Notes: generated from the sequence alone by a model not told the origin. Shown: positions 28,200 to 39,347, counted from the first letter of the stretch. The stretch is 64,000 bases of DNA from Vicinamibacteria bacterium (GCA_963422395.1 OY729431.1:960001-1024000), one strand, 5' to 3'. Numbers and translations are program-made.

Positions 28200-29630
28200 A
28201 TGAGCCAAACGAGCGAGGCCGCGTTCGAGGTGGTGATCCTCGGGAGTGGTCCGGGGGGCTATGTGGCTGCTCTGCAGGCGGCCGCCGCCGGCCTTCGGAC
28301 TGCGGTAGTCGAGAAGGACGAGAAATTCGGCGGCACCTGCCTCCATGTCGGTTGTATTCCGAGCAAGGTGTTTCTCCATACTGCCTCGCTGCTCGACGAA
28401 ATCCGGACCGCGAAGACTTTCGGAGTCACGGTTTCCGAGCCGAACCTCGACTGGGGCGGCTTGCAGCGCCGGAACCGCAGGGTCATCGGCAAGCTGGCGG
28501 GCGGAGTGGCGCTGTTGTTGCGGCGCGCTGGAGTCGCATGCTTTCGGGGTACCGGCCGACTTGCGGGTCCGGGCCGGGTCGAGGTGCAGCCTCCCGAAAC
28601 GGCCAGACCGCCGGAGGCGGCCGTCCGGGTGCTCACCGCGCCCAACATCATCATCGCCACCGGCTCCGAAGCGCGCACGCTTCCCTTCCTGAACCTGGAT
28701 GGGGACCGGATCGTGACGAACGCCGAAATGTTCGATCTGCCGGAGTGTCCGGCCCGGCTCGGGATCATCGGCGCGGGCGCCGTCGGCGCCGAGTTCGCCT
28801 CGATGTTCCGCGCTTTCGGGACCCAGGTGGATCTCTTCGAGGCGCTGCCGCGGGTTCTGCCGCTCGAGGACGCCGAGGTCTCCGAAGTCGTCGAAAAGGC
28901 GTTCCGCCGCCGCCGAATCGGGGTGAAGACCGGCGTCGCCGTCGAAGGGGCCGAGCCCTCCGGATCCGGGGTCGCGGTTCGCTACCTTGCGGGCGGCCGA
29001 GTGGAATGCGCGGAGTACGACCGGCTGCTGGTGGCGGTGGGCAGGGCACCTCGCACCGCCGGGATCGGTCTCGAAACCGTCGGACTCGAGCCCGACAGCG
29101 GCGGGGTGCTCGCGGTGGACGACAGCTGTCGGACCCAGGCCGCCGGCGTTTTCGCGATCGGAGATGTGGTGGGAAGCGCACAGCTCGCCCATGTGGCTTC
29201 CGCCGAGGCCGAAGCGGCCGTGGCGGCTATTTCCGGAGACGAGCCGCGGCCGCTCCGCCGGGACCGGATGCCCGCCGCCACCTATTGCGTGCCCGAAGTG
29301 GGTTCCGTCGGGCTGACCGAGGCGGCGGCGCTCGCCGAGAGCCGCGAGCTGCGGGTGGGCCGGTTTCCCTTCGCCGCCAACAGCAAGGCGAACATCCTGG
29401 GCGATCTCACCGGGTTCGTGAAGGTGGTGGCCGACGCCCGCTATGGCGAGGTGATCGGAGTGCATATCGTGGGTCCTCACGCCACCGATCTGATCGCCGA
29501 GGCGGTGGTGGCGATGGAGCATGAAGCCACGCTGGAATCTTTCGCCCGGAGCGTCCATCCGCATCCCACGCTGTCCGAAGCGGTGGCGGAAGGGGCGCTC
29601 GCCGCTCTCGGGTCGCCGCTCCACGCCTGA
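28200..29630 (+). CDS. lpdA: Dihydrolipoyl dehydrogenase (E3)
   Basis: GSGPGGY, GGTCLHVGCIPSK, IIGAGAVGAE, HPHPTLSE. Confidence 0.95.
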   Translation: MSQTSEAAFEVVILGSGPGGYVAALQAAAAGLRTAVVEKDEKFGGTCLHVGCIPSKVFLHTASLLDEIRTAKTFGVTVSEPNLDWGGLQRRNRRVIGKLAGGVALLLRRAGVACFRGTGRLAGPGRVEVQPPETARPPEAAVRVLTAPNIIIATGSEARTLPFLNLDGDRIVTNAEMFDLPECPARLGIIGAGAVGAEFASMFRAFGTQVDLFEALPRVLPLEDAEVSEVVEKAFRRRRIGVKTGVAVEGAEPSGSGVAVRYLAGGRVECAEYDRLLVAVGRAPRTAGIGLETVGLEPDSGGVLAVDDSCRTQAAGVFAIGDVVGSAQLAHVASAEAEAAVAAISGDEPRPLRRDRMPAATYCVPEVGSVGLTEAAALAESRELRVGRFPFAANSKANILGDLTGFVKVVADARYGEVIGVHIVGPHATDLIAEAVVAMEHEATLESFARSVHPHPTLSEAVAEGALAALGSPLHA

Positions 29631-29640
29631 CACACAGCCC

Positions 29641-30375
29641 GTGGACCAAGCCCCCTGGCCGCCGGTCTGGCGGCTTTCCCTGCCGAGGCTCGAGTACCGC
29701 GCGGCTTGGGCGTTGCAGCGAGAGCTCGTGGAGCGCCGCCGGCGCGGTGCGATCCCGGATGTTCTCTTGGTCACCGAGCATCCGCCGGTTTTCACCCTCG
29801 GCCGGACCGCCCTTGCCGAACATCTGCTCATGGCGCCGGCACGGCTCGTCGAGAGCGGCGCCGAAGTCGTCGAGACCGACCGCGGAGGCGATGTGACCTT
29901 CCACGGCCCCGGCCAGCTGGTCGCATACCCGATCTTCGATCTCGCGGGCTGGAGAAAGGATCTCCACGCCTATCTCCGGGCGCTCGAGCAGGTGGTCCTG
30001 GATACGGCGGCGGGTTTCGGGGTGCCGGGGTGCCGGCGCGAGGGTTTCACCGGGGTCTGGTGCGGGGGGGAGAAGCCGCCCGCGAGCGAACCGCGCAAGC
30101 TGGCTTCGATCGGGGTTCGCGTTTCGCGCTGGATCGCGTCGCACGGATTCGCGCTCGATGTGGCCACCGATCTCGAGTGGTTCTCCCACATCGTGCCCTG
30201 TGGGATCCGAGGCTGCCGGGCGACCACGTTGGAAGCGGAGGCCGGGCGGCGGCTTTCTCTCGCCGAGGTCACGGACGGGCTCGTGGAGGCGTTCGGAGCT
30301 GTGTTCCGGCGTCGGGTCGAACCGGCGCCCTCCCGGTTCGCCGCGGCGCTCGCCGGACGCGGGAACGCGGCGTAA
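29641..30375 (+). CDS. lipB: Lipoyl(octanoyl) transferase
   Basis: EHPPVFTLG, DRGGDVTFHGPGQLVAYPI, KLASIG, IVPCG. Confidence 0.95.
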   Translation: MDQAPWPPVWRLSLPRLEYRAAWALQRELVERRRRGAIPDVLLVTEHPPVFTLGRTALAEHLLMAPARLVESGAEVVETDRGGDVTFHGPGQLVAYPIFDLAGWRKDLHAYLRALEQVVLDTAAGFGVPGCRREGFTGVWCGGEKPPASEPRKLASIGVRVSRWIASHGFALDVATDLEWFSHIVPCGIRGCRATTLEAEAGRRLSLAEVTDGLVEAFGAVFRRRVEPAPSRFAAALAGRGNAA

Positions 30376-30638
30376 CAGGCCGTGGATGAAGTGGCGCGAG
30401 TACCGAGACCGGGGAGGCGCCTGGCGGACAAGGCGCGAATCGGGAGGCATACCGGGCGTATTCCGACTGATTTGCAACGAAGAGCGAAGCGGTTCAGCCA
30501 TGATGCATCTCCGGTCGCTCCGAGCGGGGCCGAATATGGCCCCGCGAGCACGCCGGAGAGTGAGGGCTCCCGGTCGGGGATCCTCGACCGGGAGCCCCTC
30601 GCTACTCGGCAATGCCGTGTGACTTTGTCCACGGGCTG
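30376..30638 (-). mobile_element. MITE copy 2 (263 bp)
   Basis: caggccgtggatgaagtggc...gtgactttgtccacgggctg flanked by GTAA/TTAA; begins right after the lipB stop; near-identical inverted copy of 34400-34680. Confidence 0.85.
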
Positions 30639-30694
30639 TTAACAGCCGCTGCGGGGGGCGCAGGCGGTCAGGCAGCCGACCGGCCGATCCGACT

Positions 30695-31675
30695 TTGCCG
30701 ATCACGTACCTGGAGGCGATCCGACGGGCGCTCCGCTCCGAAATGGAGCGCGACCGAAGCGTCATCCTGCTCGGGGAGGACATCGGGTGCTACGGCGGCG
30801 CCTTCCGGCTCACCGAAGGGTTCCTCGAGACCTTCGGCCCCGGACGAGTCTTCGATACCCCGATCAGCGAGGAGGGATTTACCGGGGTCGCGGTGGGGGC
30901 GGCGCTTCAGGGCTTTCGACCGATCGTCGAGTTCCAGTTCCTGGACTTCATCGCCAGCGCGTTCAACATGGTGACGAATTTCGCCGCGAAGAGCCGCTAT
31001 CGCACGGGCCTCGCGGTTCCGCTGGTGCTGCGCGGGCCGGCGGGCGCGGGAGTCCGCGCGGGACCGTTCCATTCGCAGAGTCCCGAAGCCCACTTCACCC
31101 ACACCCCGGGCGTCAAGGTGGCGGCGCCGGCCAGCGTGGCCGACGCGGCGGGGCTGCTGCGCGCTGCCATCCGGGACGACGATCCGGTTCTCTTCATCGA
31201 GCACAAGCGCCTCTACCGGAGCCTCCGGATCCCGGAGGCGGAGTTCCGGAGAGCGCCCGAGGTGGTTCCCCTCGGCCGGGCGGCGCTTCGTCGTCGAGGA
31301 AGCGATCTCACGATCGCCGCGTACGGAGGCGCCGTCGGATTGGCGGCAGAGGCGGCCGATCAGCTGGCCGGCGAGCGGATCGAGGCCGAAGTCCTCGACC
31401 TGCGCTGCCTCGTTCCGCTGGATCGCGAGGCGCTCTTCGAATCCGTCCGGCGCACCAGCCGGCTGGTGGTGGTGCATGAGGACAACCTCACCGGCGGCTT
31501 CGGAGCCGAGATCGCGGCGCTCGCTGCGGAGTACCTCTTCGCCGATCTCGACGCCCCGATCGTGAGGATCGCGGCCGCCGACGCTCCCGTTCCCTATGCG
31601 CCCGCACTCGAGGATGCAGTGCTGCCGACGGCCGCCCGGGTCGTCGAGGCGGCGCAGCGCCTGATGCGTTACTGA
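30695..31675 (+). CDS. 2-oxoacid dehydrogenase E1 beta subunit
   Basis: ITYLEAI, GEDIG.YGGAF, DTPISE, EFQFLDF, HSQSPE, FIEHK. Confidence 0.95.
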   Translation: MPITYLEAIRRALRSEMERDRSVILLGEDIGCYGGAFRLTEGFLETFGPGRVFDTPISEEGFTGVAVGAALQGFRPIVEFQFLDFIASAFNMVTNFAAKSRYRTGLAVPLVLRGPAGAGVRAGPFHSQSPEAHFTHTPGVKVAAPASVADAAGLLRAAIRDDDPVLFIEHKRLYRSLRIPEAEFRRAPEVVPLGRAALRRRGSDLTIAAYGGAVGLAAEAADQLAGERIEAEVLDLRCLVPLDREALFESVRRTSRLVVVHEDNLTGGFGAEIAALAAEYLFADLDAPIVRIAAADAPVPYAPALEDAVLPTAARVVEAAQRLMRY

Positions 31676-31687
31676 GCCGGGAGCTAG

Positions 31688-32470
31688 CTGTGACCTTGCG
31701 GTAGGTTGTTCACACGAACCCGATGCCCGGAACTTGTTGACGGATCGGTGTCCGAAGCATTCGACGCTGTCGAAGACGCGGCGCCGGATTGCGACGGAGG
31801 CACACGCGGAGGTTTCGTTTGGGTTCTGCGGCGGCTGGAAGAGGCGGGATTGCTACGGGGTCGGAGGGTAGGAGTCGATGGAACGACGCTGCTGGCGAAC
31901 GCCTCGATGCGAGGGATCGTCCGGCGGGATACCGGGGAGGGGTACCAGGAGTTCCTGCGCCGTCTGGCGGAGGAATCGGGGATCGAGACGCCGAGTCGGG
32001 AGGAGCTGCGGAGGTTCGACCGGGCGCGCGCGAAGACGACGACGAATCGGCGGCGCGTTCGTGGTGAGCACGGGAAGCGCCTGCTGCGCCGGCGGGGCGA
32101 GTTGGTGGAGCGCTCGTTTGCGCACGGTTACGAGACCGGGGGGATGCGGCGGCTGTATTTGCGCGGACGGGGGAACATCGGGAAGCGGCTGTTGATCCAG
32201 GCAGCGGGCTTCGACCTCGGGCTGCTGATGCGCCACCGGTGCGGAATCGGCAAGCCGCGACGACTGCAGGGGCGCGCGGCGGCGTTCGGCGGCGCGCTTT
32301 TCGCTCTCATTTTCGCCTACCGGAGCCGGGAAACGCCCGCCTGGGCCTGGATAGCGCCCTGTCGGGCGGTTTTCCCGCGCAGACCGCGCCCGCACGCCGT
32401 ACTGCGCCGATCACGCCGCCCCCTCCGGGGCCGCTGATCCTCACCGATTACAGCAGTTTTCCACGGGCTG
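31688..32470 (+). mobile_element. Internally deleted IS1182-like transposase remnant
   Basis: VGVDGTTLLANASMRGIVRRDTGE and RRRGELVERSFAH.YETGGMRR blocks joined without the middle region; right end ttttccacgggctg matches the MITE terminus. Confidence 0.75.
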
Positions 32471-32597
32471 ATAGGCCCATTCTCTGAGAACGGTTTGGAT
32501 GAAGCGCTCGGCTTTCCGTTCTCTGCTTTCCCACAGGCGGCGTCTTCCGGGCATGACGACCAGAGCGGCCAGATACTCGACGGTGTACGGCCGCCGG

Positions 32598-34370
32598 TCA
32601 GCGCCCCGGACTCCCGTTCGCCTGACCGATGGTGATCGTGCGCTCGTGACGCCCGGCGCGTTTGGCCCAGGCTTCTACGGTGACTTCCATCGGACCTTCT
32701 CCCTCGACTGTCCAGCCGACGGATTTGGTCGATTCGTCGGCGCCCGATCCCCAGCGGCGGATATAAGCGAGTTTGCCCAGAATGTGCCCGGCATCCACGG
32801 TGGCCGCGCCTGTCACCTCGCCGCCCCGAACTCGGATCTTCGCGAGAATCGGATAGTCGAGCCGGATCTCCAGCGCCTTCCGGGTCACATAGGTGGAGAG
32901 GAAACCGTGATTCTGCAGGACTGCCGTTACTCGGTGCTCGTTTACGGAAATCCGTTCCGCCGTGAGGTCGCTGATCTGGAGCAGCGGGGACAGGTCGGCG
33001 ATGTGCAGCAGATACTGGTAGTGGATGCCGCTTTCGAACTCGAGGCGCTCGTCGATCCCTTGCGGCAGGCCCCGGTAACCGCCGATCTCCACCTCTCCGA
33101 GCTCCGGATGCCGATACGGCGTCCAGGGTGCGAAGTAAACGCCGTCCTTCTCCTCGTCGTTCCAGCGCAGGATCTCGTACTGGGTCACATAGCCGTCCTG
33201 GTCGTAGTCGCGGCCTGCTCCCGAGATCTCCGGCAGCAGGCTGTGAATCCCGACATGCATGTAGGCCCAGTCGTTGGAAAACCCGTGCATCGTTTCGCCG
33301 TAGAGGCCGGCTTTGACCTCCTGCGCGTAGTAGTTGTTGTTCATCACGCCCCCGCGAGAGAGCACCGACCAGATAGCCCCCGAGCGGGTATAGAAGTCGT
33401 TGTCCTCGGGGGGCATGTATTCGAAGGGGTGGCTCATCGGAGGCCGCACGATGTAATTTCGGGCTCCGCCGCCCGAATGGATCGTGTAGGTGAAGAAGAT
33501 GTTGGGGTGGGAGGTGATGAAGTCGGCCACCGCGCGCACTTCGGGTAGCGAGAACGGATAGGGACCGGCTCCCGGCTCGTTGCGCTGCCATTCCCCTGAC
33601 CAGTTCCGGTTGAAGTTCGCTTCCTCGCGTTCGTCGGTCACCTCGCGTTCGAGGCTCGCGCCCTCGGTGTAAACGCGGTAACGCCGGTCGGGGGGGGCCA
33701 GATCTTCCTCGAAGTGCTCCGGCTCTTCGAGCGTCGTCGGAACGAAGTTCCAGCGGCCCCCGGTGCGGTCGCGGACCCGGAGCATGAGCCGCTCGTCGGT
33801 TGGGCTGGGGTAGGACTCGCCCGCGGGGTCGCGGACCCGCATCCGGGTGATGTACCCGTCGCCGTCAAGATCCCTGCCGGCGTGCTCCTCCGGCTTGTGC
33901 TCCGACCAGGCCGGATGCCGGGTCAGGGCGATCTCGCCGCCGTCGGCGTCGAAGATCGGCATGACATAGAAGGTGCGGGTGTCAACGAGACGGGTTGCGA
34001 CCGGGTCCTTGCCGTAACTGGCGAGGACGGCTTCCGCGAAGTACAGAAGCAGTTGGCGTCCGGTGACTTCGACCACGTGGATATTTCCGTCGAGCCAGAG
34101 CGCCGGCTTCGACTCGCCGGGGCCGGTCTCGAAGTTGGTGATCTCGATGATCCGGAGATCCCGCCCTTTCCGGCTCTTCCCGATGATGTGGGTCCGGGCG
34201 AGATTCGGGTGCAGCCCCGCGAGTTCATCCAGCCGGTCGGAGACTTCCTGATGCAGGGGATAGGGCCAGCGCTCGAAGTCGAAGTCGAGATCCCCGAGAA
34301 TACTTGCCATTTGGGCTCCATGGAGCGGAACTGCGATGAGCAGCAGGGCGAAGAACGACAGGCTGCGCAT
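32598..34370 (-). CDS. M14 family zinc carboxypeptidase
   Basis: Signal peptide, IGKSRKGR, DGNIHVVE (HxxE), NFNRNW, GPYPFSLPE, TIHS. Confidence 0.9.
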   Translation of the reverse strand: MRSLSFFALLLIAVPLHGAQMASILGDLDFDFERWPYPLHQEVSDRLDELAGLHPNLARTHIIGKSRKGRDLRIIEITNFETGPGESKPALWLDGNIHVVEVTGRQLLLYFAEAVLASYGKDPVATRLVDTRTFYVMPIFDADGGEIALTRHPAWSEHKPEEHAGRDLDGDGYITRMRVRDPAGESYPSPTDERLMLRVRDRTGGRWNFVPTTLEEPEHFEEDLAPPDRRYRVYTEGASLEREVTDEREEANFNRNWSGEWQRNEPGAGPYPFSLPEVRAVADFITSHPNIFFTYTIHSGGGARNYIVRPPMSHPFEYMPPEDNDFYTRSGAIWSVLSRGGVMNNNYYAQEVKAGLYGETMHGFSNDWAYMHVGIHSLLPEISGAGRDYDQDGYVTQYEILRWNDEEKDGVYFAPWTPYRHPELGEVEIGGYRGLPQGIDERLEFESGIHYQYLLHIADLSPLLQISDLTAERISVNEHRVTAVLQNHGFLSTYVTRKALEIRLDYPILAKIRVRGGEVTGAATVDAGHILGKLAYIRRWGSGADESTKSVGWTVEGEGPMEVTVEAWAKRAGRHERTITIGQANGSPGR

Positions 34371-34399
34371 GACAGCACTCCTTGAAAAGCTGTTCCTAG

Positions 34400-34680
34400 C
34401 AGCCCGTGGACAAAGTTACACGACATTGCCGAGTAGCGAGGGGCTCCCGGTCGAGGATCCCCGACCGGGAGCCCTCACTCTCCGGCGTGCTCGCGGGGCC
34501 ATATTCGGCCCCGCTCGGAGCGACCGGCGATGCCCAGTCCTCCCGGTGGGGGCCCTGGCTGAACCGCTTCGCTCTTCGTTGCAAATCAGTCGGAATACGC
34601 CCGGTATGCCTCCCGATTCGCGCCTTGTCAGCCAGGCGCCTCCCCGATCTCGGTGCTCGTGCCACTTTATCCACGGACTG
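34400..34680 (+). mobile_element. MITE copy 3 (281 bp)
   Basis: CTAG|cagcccgtggacaaagt...actttatccacggactg|CTAG: perfect CTAG flanks. Confidence 0.9.
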
Positions 34681-34741
34681 CTAGCGGCGGAGCCCGCGAA
34701 TCGCGCCCCGGGACGGTTTCCGCGACGGTCGCCCGGATGTA

Positions 34742-35728
34742 TCACGACGGCGCCCCGGCCTGCGAATCCGAACGCCGCCGGCGCTGCTGCGCCGGTACCG
34801 CGGTGTCCGGGATCTGGTTCGCCGCGTGGTACGAACTGCGGACCAGCGGGCCGGCCTCCACATGGCGGAGCCCCATCGCCTCGCCGCGTTCGGCGAGCTC
34901 CGCGAATTCCGCGGGCGGCACGAAGCGGCGCACCGGCAGGTGGGCGGGGGTGGGCTGCAGATACTGGCCCGCGGTCAGGATGTCCACGCCGACCCCGACC
35001 AGGTCCTCCATCAGCGCGTCGAGTTCTGCGACGGTCTCGCCGAGCCCGAGCATCACGCCGGTCTTGGTGATGGCACTCGGCCGCAGCTGTTTCGCGGAGC
35101 GCAGGAGATCGAGCGAACGGCGGTAGCGCGCCCCGGGGCGCACGGCGCGGTAGAGCCGGGGAACGGTCTCCACATTGTGGTTCAGGATTTCGGGGGCCGC
35201 GGCCATCACGGTGGTGAGGGCTTCGGCATCTCCCCGAAAATCGGGGATGAGGACTTCGATCGTCGTTTCCGGGTTGCGCTGCCGCACCGCGCGGATCGTC
35301 TCGGCGAAGATCCCGGCGCCGCCGTCCGGCTGGTCGTCGCGGTTCACCGAAGTGATCACCGCGTGGCGCAGCTCCATGGTCGCAACGGCGTCGGCGACCC
35401 GCTTCGGTTCCTCCCGATCCAGCCCCCGGGGAAGGCCGGTGGTCACCGCACAGAACCCGCAGGCGCGGGTGCAGATGTCTCCGAGGATCATGAAAGTCGC
35501 GGTGCCCTGTCCCCAGCACTCGGCGACATTGGGGCAGCGCGCTTCCTCGCAGACGGTGTGGAGGTTCTTCTGCCGCAGGAGGCGCCGGAGCCTCGACCAG
35601 ACCGGGCCCGAGGGCATTTTGACCCGGAGCCATTCGGGGCGTGGGGCGCGGGGCGCCGGGGAAAGCGCGGGCGGCTCCGGCGGGCGGGCCGCAGCCACGA
35701 CCGGAAGCGGAACGATCCCGGTGCTCAA
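34742..35728 (-). CDS. lipA: Lipoyl synthase
   Basis: [42 protein letters not shown]. Confidence 0.97.
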   Translation of the reverse strand: MSTGIVPLPVVAAARPPEPPALSPAPRAPRPEWLRVKMPSGPVWSRLRRLLRQKNLHTVCEEARCPNVAECWGQGTATFMILGDICTRACGFCAVTTGLPRGLDREEPKRVADAVATMELRHAVITSVNRDDQPDGGAGIFAETIRAVRQRNPETTIEVLIPDFRGDAEALTTVMAAAPEILNHNVETVPRLYRAVRPGARYRRSLDLLRSAKQLRPSAITKTGVMLGLGETVAELDALMEDLVGVGVDILTAGQYLQPTPAHLPVRRFVPPAEFAELAERGEAMGLRHVEAGPLVRSSYHAANQIPDTAVPAQQRRRRSDSQAGAPS

Positions 35729-35784
35729 GAGCCCGAGGTGCCGGCTCGCAGCCGGGAAGGGGGCGCTGGGTCCACGAGTGGCTG

Positions 35785-37155
35785 CTAGGCCGGCATCCAG
35801 CCGCCGCCCTCGGGCCAGTGTTCGAGCCGGCTCTTGACCGACGCCATGAACTGGTCGGCCACCGCCCCGTCGATCAGTCGGTGGTCGAAGGAGAGGGCGA
35901 GGAAAACCATGGACCGCACCGCGATGGCGTCCCCCTCGACGACCACCGCTCGCTTGTGAACCCCGCCGACCCCCAGGATGGCTACTTGTGGTTGGGCGAT
36001 GATCGGAGTGCCGAAGAGGGCCCCGAAGGGGCCGGGATTCGTGATCGTGAAAGTGCCTCCCTGCACCTCGGCGGGGGTGAGCGAGCCGGAGCGCGCCCGC
36101 GCGGCGAGGTCGGTGATTCCCCGCGCCAGGCCGACGAAGTTTCGTTCGTCGGCCCGCTCCAGCACCGGAACGATGAGCCCGTCGGGCAGGGCGACCGCGA
36201 TGCCCAGCCCGACGGCACGGTGATGGACGATTTCGTCGCCGGAGAGCGATGCGTTGAGGATCGGGAACTCGGCGAGGGCTTCGATCGCGGCTCGGGTGAA
36301 GAACGGCATCAGCGTCAGTCGGACGCCCGCTCGCGCTTCGAACGCTGCCGCCTCCTGGCTACGGATCGCGGTGACCCGGGACAGGTCCACTTCGAAAACG
36401 GTGGTGACATGCGCCGAGGTTCGGCGGGAGCGGACCATGTGCTCGGCGATGGTGCGCCGCATCTGCGAGAGCGGCTCGGTCCGGTATCCGGGGGCCGGCT
36501 CTACCCGCGAAGCGGGGAAGACCTCGGGAGTCGGATCCGGCGGGCCAGCAGGTGAGCCAACCGGGAGCGGGTCCGCTGGAAGCGGGTCCGTTGGGAGCGG
36601 GGTCGGATCGGCCCTGGCTGGCGTTTCGGCAGCCGCGGGCGTCTGCGCCGAAGCAGCGGGCCGTTCCTGCTGTTCGAGCCAGTCCAACATGTCCTGTTTG
36701 CTGACCCGGCCTCCTTCGCCGGTTCCGGGAACCTCGGCGAGGTCCACGCCATGCTCGCGGGCCATCCGCCGGACCAGCGGGGAGCTGCGAGGGCGGCGGC
36801 GGCTCGGAGTGGAGGCTCCGCCGGACGGAGTCTTCGCGTTCCCGATCTCGTTCGCCTCGGAGTCTTCCCGTTCTTCCGGAGGGTCCGGCGCGGCGCTTCC
36901 AGGGGACCACGCCTCGCCTTCCGCCGCGATCCGCGCCACGACGGTGTTCACTTCCACCGTTTTTCCCTCAGCGACCAGGATCTCCACCAACCTCCCGTCG
37001 AGCGCCGCCGGCACCTCGGTGTCCACCTTGTCGGTGGAGATGTCGAAAAGGGGATCGTCGCGCTCGACGGCTTCGCCGACTGCCAGGCGCCACCGGGTGA
37101 TGGTGCCCTCGGTGATGCTCTCCCCCATCTGGGGCATGATCACATCGGTCGGCAC
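35785..37155 (-). CDS. Dihydrolipoamide acyltransferase (E2) of a 2-oxoacid dehydrogenase
   Basis: MPQMGES...STDKVDTE lipoyl domain, [12 protein letters not shown]...GTGEGGRV E3-binding domain, FDHRLIDGA. Confidence 0.95.
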   Translation of the reverse strand: MPTDVIMPQMGESITEGTITRWRLAVGEAVERDDPLFDISTDKVDTEVPAALDGRLVEILVAEGKTVEVNTVVARIAAEGEAWSPGSAAPDPPEEREDSEANEIGNAKTPSGGASTPSRRRPRSSPLVRRMAREHGVDLAEVPGTGEGGRVSKQDMLDWLEQQERPAASAQTPAAAETPARADPTPLPTDPLPADPLPVGSPAGPPDPTPEVFPASRVEPAPGYRTEPLSQMRRTIAEHMVRSRRTSAHVTTVFEVDLSRVTAIRSQEAAAFEARAGVRLTLMPFFTRAAIEALAEFPILNASLSGDEIVHHRAVGLGIAVALPDGLIVPVLERADERNFVGLARGITDLAARARSGSLTPAEVQGGTFTITNPGPFGALFGTPIIAQPQVAILGVGGVHKRAVVVEGDAIAVRSMVFLALSFDHRLIDGAVADQFMASVKSRLEHWPEGGGWMPA

Positions 37156-37231
37156 AGGCCGAAATTGTAATGCGGACGGTCCGGTCCGGAAGGAAGAAGG
37201 ACGAGCTCGAAGCAGGAGCCGCCGGCACTCC

Positions 37232-39325
37232 TCACCGCAGCGCGGGGACCGGAAGGTGCACCGAAAGGAATTCGAGGATCTTCTCGAAGAAGGCGTAGGC
37301 GGCCCCGCGATCGGTCTCCCAGCGGAAGACGGACCTGCCGCTGTCGCCGCGGAAATACAGCTCGACGAGGGGGTAGTCGGCGCGCGCCCGGAGCGCTGCG
37401 AGAAAGTCCTGTTTCGCTTCGAGCGGCGCTTCCGGCACTTCCTCCCCGTGGAAGGAGAGCAGCGGGGATCGGATCGATACGGCCTCGCCGGTGAGGGAGA
37501 GACGGCGGTAGGTCTCGAGGTTGCCGCGCAGCGGCCCGAGTTCGGTTTCGAGATGCGCTCGCCGGCCCGTATCCAGTGCCCGGTGCAGCCGCTGGAGATC
37601 CGCCATTCCCATCGCTTCCACGCCGCAGTCGAAGAGGGCCGGGTGGCGGGCGAGTGCGGCGAGCGTCAGGAACCCGCCGTATCCGATCCCGAAGACACAG
37701 GCTTCCTCGGCGGAGATCCCGGGCCGCGCCTGTGCGGCTCGGGTGGCGGCGGCCAGGTCTTCGAGGTCCCCGCCGCCCCAGTCCCCGTCGTTCAGAGCGG
37801 CGAAGGCCGCGCCTCGGCCGCCGACGCCGCGCACATTCGGAATGAGCACCGCGTAGCCGCGCGCCGCGAAGAGCTGGACGATGGGATCGAAGCCGTCTTG
37901 CCAGGCTTCTCCCGGCATCCCGCGGAGGTGTACGAGGAGCGGCGCGACCGCAGACGATCCGGCGACCGCTTCCGCCAGCTCTCCGGCCGGAGGGCGGTAG
38001 AGGAAGGCGTCCACCGTCGGCCCCTTTCCGCCCCCGGCCTCGATCCGTTCCGGTCGCGCGAAGGCGCGGACATCGATGGCCGGAAACAGGGTGTCCGAGA
38101 CCCGCCGACGGCCTCCGGCGAGCGGGAAGAACCAGACATCGCGGGGGAACGCTGCCGCTTCGTGGAGCGCTGCGAGCGCGGAGCCGTCGTCTTTCCAGCG
38201 CAGCGACTGCGCGACCCCGGCCCCTCGGGTCACGATCCGGACCCGCCCCGAAGGACTCCATCTCCCGTCCGGCCCCCGGTGGAGGCGGGCGTGGTGGATC
38301 CGCCGGCTGCCCCGGTCGGACTCGATCCAGGCGAGTTCTCTTTCCCCATCCGGATCCGCTGCCGGTCGGAAACGGGGTTCCCCGAGGTCCCGTTCCGCCG
38401 CGACGAGCGCGTAGGGCGGGGAGAGGCCGGCGGAGTCCGCGAAGTGGATGGCGTCGTAACCGCCGTTGGAACACTCCTCGATGCAGCGGGCCGCCCAGGC
38501 CAGACCGGCGCCGTCCGGGGTCCAGTCGGGCAGGCCGCTTGCGGCGGGCGCCGGTTTCGGGGTCAGGACCTGTGGTTCCGGCAGGAGATCGCCTGCGCCG
38601 CCTCCGCCGACGGCGGCGACGACGGCAACGAAGGAAAGGCCAGCTCCCGCAGGGGCGGCGAAACGGTAGGCGATCCGCTCTCCGTCGGGCGACCAGACCG
38701 GGGCGCCCTCGTCGCCGGGGTGGCGGGTCAGGCGGCGGGCTTCGCCGCCGGCCGCGGGCAGGGTCCAGAGGTCGTAGCCGGTGCCGGGTTCTTCCCTGGA
38801 GGCCGCTTCTCGCCGCCGCTTGCCGAGAAAAGCGATCCGTTCTCCGTCGGGGGCGACCGCCGGCGACCTGACGAGCAGCTCCGGTCCGCTGAGCGGCTCG
38901 GGGTCGCCGCCCAGCGAGAGGCGGAAGAGACGGCCCGCTTCGGGATCGGTCCCCGAGGGAGGGGGGCCGGAGACGAAGACCACTGCGGTGCCGTCCGCGA
39001 GAAAGCGGGGCGCCGAATCCCAGCGCCCGCTAGTGAGCGCGCCCGGCCGGGCACCCGCAGCGGCGAGGAACAGGTTCGAGCGGTTCGAGACGGCAACTGC
39101 CAGCACTGCCCGGCGGCCGTCCGGAGACACATCGAAATCGAGAGTCCGGGGCAGCCCGAGTGCGGTGTCGAGAGCCAGCCGCTCCTTCGGTTCGAGGAGC
39201 TGCGGGCTCGGCGGTTGGGCTGCCGTACCTCCGGCGAGAAGAACGAGGAGAAGCAGAACCGGGGAGGCCGGAAAACGGAAGGCCAGCAAGGGGAAACCCC
39301 GCTTCGCGCTGCCGGAACGATCCAT
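37232..39325 (-). CDS. S9 peptidase-like protein with TolB-like propeller, catalytic triad apparently lost
   Basis: SPDG repeats, PNVRG; GIGYGG instead of GxSYGG, HGEEVP instead of HGxxD, no catalytic His. Confidence 0.75.
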   Translation of the reverse strand: MDRSGSAKRGFPLLAFRFPASPVLLLLVLLAGGTAAQPPSPQLLEPKERLALDTALGLPRTLDFDVSPDGRRAVLAVAVSNRSNLFLAAAGARPGALTSGRWDSAPRFLADGTAVVFVSGPPPSGTDPEAGRLFRLSLGGDPEPLSGPELLVRSPAVAPDGERIAFLGKRRREAASREEPGTGYDLWTLPAAGGEARRLTRHPGDEGAPVWSPDGERIAYRFAAPAGAGLSFVAVVAAVGGGGAGDLLPEPQVLTPKPAPAASGLPDWTPDGAGLAWAARCIEECSNGGYDAIHFADSAGLSPPYALVAAERDLGEPRFRPAADPDGERELAWIESDRGSRRIHHARLHRGPDGRWSPSGRVRIVTRGAGVAQSLRWKDDGSALAALHEAAAFPRDVWFFPLAGGRRRVSDTLFPAIDVRAFARPERIEAGGGKGPTVDAFLYRPPAGELAEAVAGSSAVAPLLVHLRGMPGEAWQDGFDPIVQLFAARGYAVLIPNVRGVGGRGAAFAALNDGDWGGGDLEDLAAATRAAQARPGISAEEACVFGIGYGGFLTLAALARHPALFDCGVEAMGMADLQRLHRALDTGRRAHLETELGPLRGNLETYRRLSLTGEAVSIRSPLLSFHGEEVPEAPLEAKQDFLAALRARADYPLVELYFRGDSGRSVFRWETDRGAAYAFFEKILEFLSVHLPVPALR

Positions 39326-39347
39326 CTGCGAAGCGTACTGTCGCTGG

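Noticed and set aside
32472-32597. Possible further IS end (ggcccattctctgagaac)
   Set aside because: No second copy or partner end seen in the window
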